From the sequence record DRR723986_817: 59,866 bases of DNA; one strand, 5' to 3'. The position numbers were made by a program, and so were the translations under genes. The notes under the pieces were generated by a model. The model had not been told where the DNA came from. It did no database searches and was given only the letters and a program-made list of their open reading frames with translations. Every line of letters starts with the position of its first letter. Within the stretch, counting starts at the first letter, position 1. Positions 28,594 to 38,666 of this stretch are shown piece after piece.

Positions 28594-30423
28594 CTAGATC
28601 CGGACCGAGCCGCCGTCGAACAGCGGGACCATCATCGAGAAGTTCTCGCCGTAGGTGAGTTTCTGTTCCTCCAAGATGCCGATTGCGATGCGTTCGCCCA
28701 TCCGTAGCGATTCAATGTAGTCGGTGAAGTAATGGACGCCTGCCCAGTTGCGACCGATTGATATATTCGAAGCAAGCTTGTTTAGTTCGCCTCCCACGGT
28801 CAGCTCCGCGCTGTTTCCATTTGCATCGACAACGTCCACCAGATCCAGGGTTCCTTTGGCGTTGCCAACGAACGCTTTGGACGCGTCCCCAGTTCCAACG
28901 TCCCCCATGGTTGCGATTGCCAGCGGATAATCGTGATCAAAAAACGCTTTCAAGATGGTGACACAAGCTCCGGCTACCGTCGCGTGGCCGGCCCCGTAAG
29001 CTGGATGCATCGGTGAACCTTCGCAGAATGCCATCGGCAATAGGAAATTGCCGTTCGGTAATTCACCTTCGGATGGGTTGCGATCCTTAACAACTTGTAG
29101 AATCGGATCCAATTCGTCCACCATATGGTCGACTTCCGCGACGCTCAACTGACCGTAGTTTGCCAACCGCGCCGCTAGGGCTTCAGGACGAAGACGACGG
29201 TGTACGTTGAACTTCTGGAATCGCACCGCCTTGAGTGCCCGAGTCGCCACCTCGGTGACCAGTGAGAGAATGTGCGGTCCGCCAAAGTGGGCGAATCCTT
29301 GCTGGTGGTCATCTTTGTCAGGTGCTTGGAACGGAATCCCACGATCGAACGGTATTCCGTACCACAGCATCATTAGGCAAGCGTTCAAATAGGCTTCGTA
29401 GAGTGCGTCATAGTGAACATAGGTCGCCAAATCGCGCGGCGTTGTAATGAAGCCACGCGCCGCAGAAGCGTCCCTCGATCCAACATATTCCTCGCGACCG
29501 CCTAGACTCGCACCGTTCTGAACATCAAACCACTCAAACCATCGCGTCATATAGTCGACGTGCGGCTTGGCTTTCCGCACTCGATGGTCGATTGTCACCG
29601 CGCCGTAGGAGACCAGGCCTTCACAGGGCTTCCGCTCACCAGCATCCCTTCCGCCATTAATTCCACCGGTGCCCGCGAGCATGAACTGCGATATGTATGG
29701 ACCGACATCATCTCCGGGCGTAATGCCGCGAAAAGCGTTCTGCGGAACGAAAGGACCTCGCTTGCGACTGACCTCTGCGTCGGTAAGGTCGCAGCAATCA
29801 TGATTCGCAAACCACGGTAAGTCATTGAGCAAGTCGAGTAGGTCCTTGACCTTCAACTTGTCTCGCGTGACGCCGCGTCCGCTTACGATTTCGGTAAAAG
29901 GAACATCCCGCAGCAGCGCTTGCACGTAGACTTCGCCCATCTCGGCAATCGATTCGTCGCTTCCGACCGCTGGAGCAGGCGGCATGGTGACGGCTTCAGA
30001 ATCGGGGCCTTCTAAATCGAATGTAAGCCCCGCACCGGCGCTCTCCCAAGCCCGTACACTTGCACCACGCGCCTTAGCGGACTTCCACGTGGGATTGCCT
30101 TCTGTCGTTCGCACGGGACCAAGCGGAGTGTCGATAAAGTCACGCGGATCGCCACTATCAATGCCACGAACAAGAGCATCGAAGTCGCTAGGATTCTTGA
30201 CCAATCCGGTTACAGGATCATGTTCGAGGCCCTTGGTAAAACTTGCCAAATATGAAGGGGCGTTGGCGGTCTGCGCGGGATCACACTGGTCAGGATACTC
30301 GCCGCGAAACTTCGTTTCATCGGCGTTGGCAACATGCTGTGGATGCGGTCGATCGTAGGCGACCTGCGCAGCGTTAAGGCGGGTGTTAAGAGCCATTTGT
30401 CGTCGGGCGGATTTGTTCGACAC
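28594..30423 (-). CDS. Vanadium-dependent haloperoxidase
   Basis: QKFNVHRRLRPE, SPMHPAYGAGHATVAG and GRNWAGVHY vanadate-binding motifs; RDLATYVHYDALYEAYLNA. GTG 30423 with GAGGT RBS preferred to 30504. Confidence 0.92.
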   Translation of the reverse strand: MSNKSARRQMALNTRLNAAQVAYDRPHPQHVANADETKFRGEYPDQCDPAQTANAPSYLASFTKGLEHDPVTGLVKNPSDFDALVRGIDSGDPRDFIDTPLGPVRTTEGNPTWKSAKARGASVRAWESAGAGLTFDLEGPDSEAVTMPPAPAVGSDESIAEMGEVYVQALLRDVPFTEIVSGRGVTRDKLKVKDLLDLLNDLPWFANHDCCDLTDAEVSRKRGPFVPQNAFRGITPGDDVGPYISQFMLAGTGGINGGRDAGERKPCEGLVSYGAVTIDHRVRKAKPHVDYMTRWFEWFDVQNGASLGGREEYVGSRDASAARGFITTPRDLATYVHYDALYEAYLNACLMMLWYGIPFDRGIPFQAPDKDDHQQGFAHFGGPHILSLVTEVATRALKAVRFQKFNVHRRLRPEALAARLANYGQLSVAEVDHMVDELDPILQVVKDRNPSEGELPNGNFLLPMAFCEGSPMHPAYGAGHATVAGACVTILKAFFDHDYPLAIATMGDVGTGDASKAFVGNAKGTLDLVDVVDANGNSAELTVGGELNKLASNISIGRNWAGVHYFTDYIESLRMGERIAIGILEEQKLTYGENFSMMVPLFDGGSVRI

Positions 30424-30891
30424 TTGGTGTACCTCAAAGATCTTAGGAAACGATTCACTAAATTGTGCAGACGGCAAACTAACCCTATTGGTCGGTGCAA
30501 TCAAGCGTTTTACAAGAAAGTGCGCAGAAATTCCCAGGCGAGCCGCTTAGCAAAGGAGTTTCCGATGCAGCAACGCGCGGCAAGCACCCCGAAAGAAGGG
30601 TTTTGGTTTATGTGGGGCAAACGCATACGGCACGCTGAGCAAGAGTGCTCCATGCATCGGTGCCAGCTTTGCTCGCCACCGAGTTGGCTCAGTTGCTACG
30701 GCACGGCGGAGCGTGCCTACTACCTTGAAACCACCCTTTACGGAAGAGCGGAGCAACGTCTGCCGAGAATCTGAAATTCAATCGCGATCACGGGTTGTGC
30801 AGAAACTAGTATCCTATTGGCACATACCGCTCCACGGATGCACAGCGATTCGTTCCAGCACGTGGCCTCTGTTGCAAGAGAATAGTTTTCA

Positions 30892-33066
30892 ATGAACACA
30901 TCCAGCGAAACCGACGAGAACGATTCCGCATTGTTTGAACGGATTGAGGCATTGATCACCTCGAATCGATCAGAAGAAGCTTCGAAAGTCTTGAACGAAT
31001 TTGTTGCCCAAAACCCGAACCACGCTAGAGCGTTGTCGACCTTGGGTGGTGTGTCTCTCTCACTTGGAAATATTGAAGACGCGGAAAAACATCTCGAGCG
31101 TGCGATTGGCTTGGACAACAAACTCGCCGACACGCATTACAACCTGGCCCGGCTCTGCAAGACGCAGGAACGCGACTTTCACGCTCCGTTGCACCTGGAC
31201 GATGCTCTTGAGATCGACCCGCACCACGCAGGAGCTTTGGCGATGCGTGGACAAGCCGCGATGGACGACGGTGATTATGACGCCGCGATCGACGACTTTT
31301 CAAGTTTGCTTGATTGTGATTCAAAAAACAGCTTCGCGTTGCAAATGCGTGCTCTAGCACGGCTCCGCAACTGCAAATATCAACTCGCACTTGACGATCT
31401 AGATCAAGCTGATTCACTCTCAGGACCAGCAAGCTGGATTGAAGATTGCCGCGGCTGCGTTTATTTCGCAATGGAGCACTTTGAAGAAGCTTGCGGCCGG
31501 TTTCGAGCAGCTCTCGGACTCATTGCTAATGATAATGTCCACGACCAGTGCAGTTATAGGATCCACCTTTCATCCGCGCTCACCGCGGTTTCACGTAACG
31601 AAGAAGCACTTGAGCAACTCAATGAAGCATGCGAGTTAGATCCCCAATGCCCCCAAGCGTTCCACTCGCGTGGAATCTTACTTGAGCGACTTGGGCGGGA
31701 GTTCGATGCGCTGCGGGATATTGATCGGGTCGAGGAATTGGTTGGCACAGACGATTTCGAGGATGAGTTTGGGAACTACAATCGGCGTAGACTACGGTTA
31801 GAAAGCAAGCTTCGCGTATCAAAAATCGCATTGCCGATCGGTGATGCCTTACAGCAGTGGCTACAGGGTGGTGGACTGCTGCCATCGCTAATCACGTACG
31901 ACTCCCCTAAGTACATCGAGTCTGAGGCCGAGGTCCTGCAACTTGCCGCAGCCTTTGAGGCACTTGCGACTCAGGGACCGATTGGCAAACTGGATCCAGC
32001 AAGTCTTAATGAGCTCATCACGGTCGCTCAGATGATTCCGGATGATGACGCCGCATCCGCGTGCCATCAACATTGCCTTCCCATAGTCGCTGGAATTGTT
32101 GAACAGGCTTTCAGTGGCATTGAATGGCCTCCGGAGTGTATTCTTGAGTCACTTCGATTGCTTGCCTGTCGGTCTAACTACCCGGAACACCAAAGTCTCA
32201 TTACGAAGGCGGTTCAAGAAGACTATCAATCTACGTCCAGTAGCTGGGTTTCGATCTTATCACCGCTTGTGAACGACGCAACACACGAATCTCAACTGCT
32301 ATCGCAACTTACCACCGCTCCGCAAGGCATCATTGGAGCAATGCTTCTGAATGGCTGTAATTTACGATGCGAGGATGCCCCAACAAAGAAACACCTCTTT
32401 GATTCCGAGCGAGGAGTTCAGGTGCTCACCCAACTCTTGGAAGAATCCGACGAAGGGGATTTTTGGCTGACGGCCGTTGCGGCTGCAACTTCGTACTTAA
32501 GTCCAGCGCAAGCAGAGCAATTGGCAACGATCGCCTCGAAGCACAAGAACATGAACGTGCGCGTGGTTGCAGCCTGGGCACTGGCGAAGCGAGGCGATCA
32601 GGAGCAAGTTGGTAGGCTTTGTGAATATGCGATGGACTTTCGGTGTGCCGATCAAGCACTAGGTTGCTTGGATGAGCTTGGCATGTCCGAGCACGTGGCC
32701 GCGGAGGCTTTGACAAACGAATCGCGTGCAAAGGCGGCATTTGCAAACTGGTTGGTGCACCCAAATGAGCTCGGGATGTACCCAGATGCTATTGAAACCT
32801 ACGACCACCGCACTTTGTACTGGCCGCCAACCGACGACACACGCGAGGTTTGGCTGTTTCGTTACTCGTTTGATGGCGAAAAGAACATTGAATCAGATGT
32901 CGGAATGGTTGGCAGCGTGACGTTCGTGCTGTTTGGTGAGCAATTCGATGGTAAACCGGCATCCGAAATTTATGCCAAACACTGCGCCTGGGAATTACGC
33001 CAGAAAGGCCTCCCTGAATCGAAGGCAGCGGCACTCTTTGAGCGAAACCCTAGCTTGCTTGACTGA
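30892..33066 (+). CDS. TPR-repeat protein with HEAT-like and unassigned C-terminal domains
   Basis: Multiple TPR patterns (ALSTLG..LGNIEDAEKHLERAI; ALEQLNEACELDP); VRVVAAWALAKRG is HEAT-like. Confidence 0.8.
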   Translation: MNTSSETDENDSALFERIEALITSNRSEEASKVLNEFVAQNPNHARALSTLGGVSLSLGNIEDAEKHLERAIGLDNKLADTHYNLARLCKTQERDFHAPLHLDDALEIDPHHAGALAMRGQAAMDDGDYDAAIDDFSSLLDCDSKNSFALQMRALARLRNCKYQLALDDLDQADSLSGPASWIEDCRGCVYFAMEHFEEACGRFRAALGLIANDNVHDQCSYRIHLSSALTAVSRNEEALEQLNEACELDPQCPQAFHSRGILLERLGREFDALRDIDRVEELVGTDDFEDEFGNYNRRRLRLESKLRVSKIALPIGDALQQWLQGGGLLPSLITYDSPKYIESEAEVLQLAAAFEALATQGPIGKLDPASLNELITVAQMIPDDDAASACHQHCLPIVAGIVEQAFSGIEWPPECILESLRLLACRSNYPEHQSLITKAVQEDYQSTSSSWVSILSPLVNDATHESQLLSQLTTAPQGIIGAMLLNGCNLRCEDAPTKKHLFDSERGVQVLTQLLEESDEGDFWLTAVAAATSYLSPAQAEQLATIASKHKNMNVRVVAAWALAKRGDQEQVGRLCEYAMDFRCADQALGCLDELGMSEHVAAEALTNESRAKAAFANWLVHPNELGMYPDAIETYDHRTLYWPPTDDTREVWLFRYSFDGEKNIESDVGMVGSVTFVLFGEQFDGKPASEIYAKHCAWELRQKGLPESKAAALFERNPSLLD

Positions 33067-33122
33067 CTGACCGACTGACTTCGATCGGTGCAAGACACTG
33101 TTTCGTCGCTGCAGCAGCTTGG

Positions 33123-33193
33123 CCCCTCTCCCGCTCGCCGACCAACGCTACTCCTCGGTGCCCGTCGCGACCTCTCTACCGGAGGGAGAGGTG
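33123..33193. repeat. REP-like palindromic element between convergent genes
   Basis: CCTCTCCC (33125) and ACCTCTC (33170) are both complementary to GGGAGAGGT (33184-33192). Confidence 0.55.
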
Positions 33194-33233
33194 ACAGGGA
33201 CGAGACCGAGCTTTGGATAGTGACCAATCGGGA

Positions 33234-34253
33234 CTATAGCTTCCAGGGTGCGCGGTAGCGGAGGCCGAGGCCAATGATCTTACTAAGTAGGTCTTCGTAG
33301 GATACGCCTATCTTCTCAGCGGATTCGGCGAAATCCTCGCCAAACGAAAGGTTGGGGTTGGCGTTGGCCTCCAACACATAGATTCGACCATCATCTCTCA
33401 GCCGCAGGTCCATACGTGCGTAGCCACTCAGATCAAGCGACTTGTAAACTTTCTTGCAAATGCGCGCAATCTGACCTTCTACCTTCGGGCCCAAATCTTT
33501 CGCCAAATCGGTCTCGACGCCGAGCTTTTCCTGGTAGTTGCGATCCCACTTAACCTTACGCGTTGCAATCACCGGCACTTCGCTCTTGGTGAAATACAAC
33601 TCCCAGATGGGCAGCGTCTGCAGTCGATCGTTGCCCATGACACCGACGTATAGCTCGCGGCCCTGAATGTACTCCTCAGCGAGCGCATCGGCCAGAGTGT
33701 GCTCGTGCACAAACGCAACTCGCTCAGCCAATTCCTTGTCGTCGTGAACAACGGACGCTTGTGAGATGCCCAGCGAAGCGTCATCGATGACGCTTTTCAC
33801 AAAGATGGGAAACTGCAATCGTTTCGGTCGCACAACTTTTCGACCAACGGGAAAGACGGCGAACTTTGGCGATGGAATACGATGGAACGCAAGGATCTTT
33901 TTCGATAGTGCTTTATCCTTGGAAATCATCAGCCCGCGTGGATTGCATCCGCTGTATGGCTGCCGCATCAGTTCGAGATAACTGACGATTGCGTTGTCAT
34001 ACGTCACAACGCCGTGAAATTCTTCAAGCAGATTGAACGCGATGTGCGGCTTGCGGCGGCGAATTGCGTTCCGAATGGGCGTCAGGTCATCGCTAACGCC
34101 GAGCACTTCAACGTTGTGGCCCATTTCGCGCAAGGTTGAAACGACGTCATACTCGGTCTTCCATTCGTCAATTTCCTTTTCCGTTTTGCCCTCCATCGAA
34201 TCGGGCGGGACCAGGTTTTCATTGACCAAGGCGAGGACGCGAAGTTGTTTCAT
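33234..34253 (-). CDS. D-Ala-D-Ala-ligase-like ATP-grasp protein
   Basis: FNLLEEF, PYSGC, DKALSK, FPIFVK, SLGIS, EEYIQGREL, GYARMDLR and LEANANP. Confidence 0.88.
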   Translation of the reverse strand: MKQLRVLALVNENLVPPDSMEGKTEKEIDEWKTEYDVVSTLREMGHNVEVLGVSDDLTPIRNAIRRRKPHIAFNLLEEFHGVVTYDNAIVSYLELMRQPYSGCNPRGLMISKDKALSKKILAFHRIPSPKFAVFPVGRKVVRPKRLQFPIFVKSVIDDASLGISQASVVHDDKELAERVAFVHEHTLADALAEEYIQGRELYVGVMGNDRLQTLPIWELYFTKSEVPVIATRKVKWDRNYQEKLGVETDLAKDLGPKVEGQIARICKKVYKSLDLSGYARMDLRLRDDGRIYVLEANANPNLSFGEDFAESAEKIGVSYEDLLSKIIGLGLRYRAPWKL

Positions 34254-35287
34254 AGGGCTACCCGATGATGCCCTTCATGCAGGAAGTTCATCGTTTGGAC
34301 GGTCAGTAGTATCATCAGGTCACGCCGCGTATCGTCTTCGTTGCCCGCCAGCCGCAACTTCAACTCGCGGCAGCGTTCGATCATTTCAGTAAGGACTTGA
34401 TCGATAGTGTACTGATATTCGCCAGTCCATTTGGCGACGGCTTTACGAAGTTCTGTGCGATAGCGGCGAAGAAAAGCAGAAGCACTGGGCTGCCGGGCGT
34501 GCTCGGGTTTGTCAGAAAATAGCCGTCGAAGATCTCGATCGTAGAAGTTTGGGTAGTCCAGTCCGTAGTGGGACCGCTTGTTTTCGTAATGCTGCCGAAG
34601 CGTTTTCTTGATGCTTCGAAGTGGATCGACGTGCATGCGGGATTTGACTGCGGGCTTCTTTTCCTGCAGCGACTTCATCGCCTCGCAGACAAATTCCAGC
34701 TTCCGAAGCGCCGGCCAACCCTTGTACTGTGTCTTCCAACGACTGCGTGGCCGTAACCAAACGGCAAACGTTTCCGCAAAGTCCTCGACGGGGTGAGACT
34801 GCGCGTACCACATATCCAGGTGCAGCACATAACTTCGACTAAAGGGTTTGGGCATGTAGTAGTCGGGGTAGGGGACCGAAACCCGCCCGAAAGTCTCACG
34901 ATAGCCCTTCCGTCGTCGTAGCCGGTACGCCGTATCGATAGCGTGGCCCGCTTCGTGACGCAGAATTTTCATAAACCATTCTTGCGTCCCTCCCTCAACC
35001 TCCAACATCTGCTTGCGTTCCAGACGAATCAGCCTTGGGTGAGCAAGATAGAAGGGAATAGCGATTCCCGGCACGCCGTCCGGAGAAAACCATTCGTCCG
35101 AGAGCCAACAATGAGGGCGGAAGGTCAGACCACGATGCGACAATTCATCGTAAAGCTGGTTAATGCGATCTTCGATGACGGTGCCACGCAGCGACAGCCC
35201 TAGATCACACATCCGCATGTCTAACAATTCGTCGTCAGACATGAAGTTTAGATTCGGTGCGCTCTTGCGTTTCTGCGGCTTACTCAC
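34250..35287 (-). CDS. Putative zinc-binding metallopeptidase
   Basis: ILRHEAGHA (HExxH) and YAQSHPVEDFAETFAVWL; stop overlaps the ATP-grasp start; GTG start. Confidence 0.82.
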   Translation of the reverse strand: MSKPQKRKSAPNLNFMSDDELLDMRMCDLGLSLRGTVIEDRINQLYDELSHRGLTFRPHCWLSDEWFSPDGVPGIAIPFYLAHPRLIRLERKQMLEVEGGTQEWFMKILRHEAGHAIDTAYRLRRRKGYRETFGRVSVPYPDYYMPKPFSRSYVLHLDMWYAQSHPVEDFAETFAVWLRPRSRWKTQYKGWPALRKLEFVCEAMKSLQEKKPAVKSRMHVDPLRSIKKTLRQHYENKRSHYGLDYPNFYDRDLRRLFSDKPEHARQPSASAFLRRYRTELRKAVAKWTGEYQYTIDQVLTEMIERCRELKLRLAGNEDDTRRDLMILLTVQTMNFLHEGHHRVAL

Positions 35288-36014
35288 GAGTTGTGTGCTA
35301 ATCCTTTAACGAGCTCGGTCCAGTGCCATCGACGGTTCTATTCAATTGTTAATCGAATTTGCGTTGACGCCGCCATGCCGATGAGCAAGGAGCTTCTGCG
35401 CCGCGCTTTACCGCAAAGATGCATCAGCGAGACCGCCTCGTCTCGTGACGCTAGTCTCCAGGCACTAGTCGCATCTACAAACTGCTGCGCCGGCAGTTTC
35501 TTCCATCCATGGTCGCCGACTACGGATAACTTAGCCCATTTTTGAATCTAAGGCTACGTTTTTTCTCCCGCGTGAATCGCTGGGCTTTTTGAATACCGAA
35601 ACTCGCTTCGGAATCGCGTATCACGCACGCTGTCGAGGTCAATCTGCTCGACGGCGGTTATCGCTTTGCAAACCGCATGCCCCAAGCATCGGCGTGAATT
35701 CGTAATGAGTTGGCTCCGCTGGACTGCTTGTTGTCTAAAGCTTCGGCACCGGAGAGCCTCGCCTTTGAAAGACTCGCCACTGGAGACTCGTGGACGGCGA
35801 AGAGCTCGTGGAAGACTCTGGGCTCCACTCATGGCGGGTGAGTCGCTGGTCGTTGCTAAGGTTTTTAAAGATGTCGAGAATCCGCCGAATCGAACTCCCC
35901 CCTCGAAGAAATGCCCTTTTCGCGTAAGATTTGAGCCTTGCCACAGTTCAGACTGCTGGCCCAGAAAAAGCCCTCCAATTCCATCCTACGCAGCAATACC
36001 AAGGCCTCCTTCCA

Positions 36015-37118
36015 ATGAAAGCCATCGCAGTAACACCAGGCCAAGCCAACAGTGTCCACCAACGCGATATCCCCAAGCCTGAAATTGGATCGGTCGCCGA
36101 TGGCAAAGGCGTGCGTGTCAAGGTACTGAAAGTGGGCGTGGATGCGACGGACCGCGAAATCAACGATGCCCTCTACGGCAATTCTCCTCCAGGCGATGAC
36201 TTTCTCGTGCTTGGACACGAGTGCTTTGGAAAAGTTGTCGAAGTTGGCCCAAATGTTCGCCGAGTCAAAGTGGGCGACTACGTAACCGCGACCGTTCGCC
36301 GGCCGGGTGGTTCGATCTACGATCAGATCGGCACGTACGACATGACCAGCGAAGAGACTTACTACGAACGTGGCATCAACCTTCTGCATGGTTACTTGAC
36401 CGAGGAGTTCGTGGATTCGGAAGAGTACATCGTCCGAGTTCCAGAGGGCCTGAAGCACTTGCACGTATTGATGGAGCCCATGAGCTGTGCGGCGAAGGCG
36501 ATTCAGCAAGCCTATGAGTGCCAGCAGCGGATGAAAGTCTGGCGGCCCCAACGAGCGTTCGTCCTCGGCTCAGGACAAATCGGCTTGTTGGCGACACTCG
36601 TTCTCAAACTGAAGGGTTTGGACGTCTTCACCCTAGCACGAGCTCCGGGACCGCACTTGAAGAGCGAAATTGTCGAAGGCATGGAAGCAACCTATGTCAG
36701 CACCAACGAGAAACCGCTGATGAAGCTGGCCGAAGAGGTCGGCAGAGCGGACTTGATCATCGACGCTACGGGTAGCAGCAGCATCGCCTTCGAAGCCATG
36801 CAAGCCCTTGGCCACAACGGCACACTCGTTTGGACCAGCATCACTGGCGGCCAAAACCAAACAGAAATCCCATCTGACAAAATCAACATCGAGTGGGTAC
36901 TCGGCAATAAGCTCCTTGTAGGCAGTGTCAACGCCAACAGCGAACACTTCGAATCGGGCATCAAGGACTTGGCTCTTGGCGAAGTGATGTACCCTGGAGT
37001 GCTTGAAAAGATCCTGACCAGCCCCGTTGATGGCTTGGACAACTACGCCGAAATGATGCGGCTCCTGGTCGAAGACAAGTCGGCGCTTAAGGTCTATGTC
37101 AACGTGGCCGATGAGTAA
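36015..37118 (+). CDS. Zinc-dependent (MDR family) glucose 1-dehydrogenase-like protein
   Basis: [39 protein letters not shown] and GSVNAN. Confidence 0.85.
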   Translation: MKAIAVTPGQANSVHQRDIPKPEIGSVADGKGVRVKVLKVGVDATDREINDALYGNSPPGDDFLVLGHECFGKVVEVGPNVRRVKVGDYVTATVRRPGGSIYDQIGTYDMTSEETYYERGINLLHGYLTEEFVDSEEYIVRVPEGLKHLHVLMEPMSCAAKAIQQAYECQQRMKVWRPQRAFVLGSGQIGLLATLVLKLKGLDVFTLARAPGPHLKSEIVEGMEATYVSTNEKPLMKLAEEVGRADLIIDATGSSSIAFEAMQALGHNGTLVWTSITGGQNQTEIPSDKINIEWVLGNKLLVGSVNANSEHFESGIKDLALGEVMYPGVLEKILTSPVDGLDNYAEMMRLLVEDKSALKVYVNVADE

Positions 37119-37159
37119 ACGACGCGTAGGCCGACGCTCCACCTGCACAAGATCCTGCC

Positions 37160-38020
37160 ATGCCCGCTTTAGTTAAGCAACCGATTGCGTCTGTGGCATT
37201 TGCGACACTAGCAATTGCAGTTGCAAGCGGATGCAACACCCCCACCACCGACGACTCAGCGACGATGATGTCCACCAAAGCGGTGAGTGGCGGAACGGCG
37301 CAAAGCGGGTCGAAATCACCGTCTGAAGAACCACCATCTAGAGCTGCTGCCGCTGACTCAGCGGCTCGCAAGAATGACGCGGCTCGCCAGGATGACAGCG
37401 CTGGCACAGAGTTTCAAAAGCAGCTTGACCTGCTCGCGTCTGGGCAATCGCAACAACTTCGGCTCGAACGTTCACCAATCACGCCCGGTGAACTTCAACT
37501 GCTGGTCGCACAGACTCAACTGCTTGATTTAATCTTGGATGCTGGCGGAATCGACGACGAGCACATGCCGCTGGTTGCCGAAATGAGCCAACTGGAACAC
37601 CTCCGTATTCGGCAAAGCGAACTCTCCGACGCAGGCCTTCATTCTCTGTGCGGGGGGACTCTCCGCCGCTTGCGCATACTGAATCTACCTCAAGCGAAGT
37701 TTTCACCGAAGGGCTTGGCCGCGCTCGGGCAACTGCCATCGCTGACTAACTTGCGGCTAGGCGGGACGTGGATTGACGACGGAGCTGCTACTGAGATTTC
37801 AAAGCTCTCCAACCTCAAGTCGCTGCACTTGATTGGTCCCAAGATTACCGGCGTGGGGCTTCGCCAGCTCGCAGAATCTCCGAAACTTGCTTCGTTCTAC
37901 TTGGACGACTGCACGATTCCAGATGCGGACTGGGAGTTCTTCTTCGCGGCGAAACCCAACATCCACGTCCATATCGACCAGCAACACCATGATCGCGATC
38001 CCGACAAACATCAGCATTGA
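37160..38020 (+). CDS. Leucine-rich-repeat lipoprotein with His-rich tail
   Basis: Lipobox VASGC; LEHLRI, LRILNL, LTNLRL and LKSLHL repeats; ends HVHIDQQHHDRDPDKHQH. Confidence 0.78.
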   Translation: MPALVKQPIASVAFATLAIAVASGCNTPTTDDSATMMSTKAVSGGTAQSGSKSPSEEPPSRAAAADSAARKNDAARQDDSAGTEFQKQLDLLASGQSQQLRLERSPITPGELQLLVAQTQLLDLILDAGGIDDEHMPLVAEMSQLEHLRIRQSELSDAGLHSLCGGTLRRLRILNLPQAKFSPKGLAALGQLPSLTNLRLGGTWIDDGAATEISKLSNLKSLHLIGPKITGVGLRQLAESPKLASFYLDDCTIPDADWEFFFAAKPNIHVHIDQQHHDRDPDKHQH

Positions 38021-38180
38021 AGCTGCCCCAAGAACTTCACAGGCTGGCTTGGCTACGACCACAACGCGGCCACATCGAACTCTGTTGAGCTGCTATGATC
38101 TAGGCCGGCCGGGGTGTCTCTCTACCCAGGTGAGGATTGTTGTAGGCGTTTTGTTCAGGTTCCAATTGAAAGGGAGCACC

Positions 38181-38579
38181 GTGGATCGAGTTTGTCATTT
38201 TGAAGTTCCGTACTCGGACAAAGAGCGTATGGAAACTTTCTATAGCAAGGTTTTCGGCTGGCAGTTTTCGCCCGCGCCAGGCGGCATGCCTTACACATTC
38301 GCGTTCTCGACAGAAGTCGACGAAAACTTCATGCCCAAGAAGCCAGGTGGAATCAACGGCGGTACTTACCCACGTCCAGAAGATGACGCCCCAGTCGCTC
38401 GGAGCCCCGTGTTGGTGCTTGAGGTTGAATCGTGCGAGCAAAAGATCAAGGACATTCAAGCAGCAGGCGGTTCGCTGGTCATCGGCCCTGATTCAGTAGG
38501 CGACATGGGCATCTATGCACAGGTGAAAGACCCCGAAGACAACATCATCGGCATCTGGCAACCGCTCAACAAACACTAG
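38181..38579 (+). CDS. VOC/glyoxalase family protein
   Basis: VCHFEVP, FYSKVFGW, GGINGG and KDPEDNIIGIWQ. GTG 38181 follows GAAAGGGAG. Confidence 0.88.
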   Translation: MDRVCHFEVPYSDKERMETFYSKVFGWQFSPAPGGMPYTFAFSTEVDENFMPKKPGGINGGTYPRPEDDAPVARSPVLVLEVESCEQKIKDIQAAGGSLVIGPDSVGDMGIYAQVKDPEDNIIGIWQPLNKH

Positions 38580-38607
38580 ACTGAACCTGCAAGTCATTCA
38601 GCAAGAC

Positions 38608-38640
38608 AAAATCCCCGAGCTTCGGCTTGGGGATTTTTTT
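38608..38640. terminator. Intrinsic terminator, likely bidirectional
   Basis: AAAATCCCCGAGC-TTCG-GCTTGGGGATTTTTTT lies between convergent genes. Confidence 0.88.
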
Positions 38641-38666
38641 GTTCACAATGCCGCAGCAATTACCAC

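Noticed and set aside
33234-34253. Assigning the symbol ddl
   Set aside because: The N-terminal D-Ala-binding motif is missing and there is no cell-wall gene context.
37833-38180. N-terminal extension of the VOC ORF (37833..38579)
   Set aside because: It overlaps the LRR gene; the strong RBS and the domain start point to GTG 38181.
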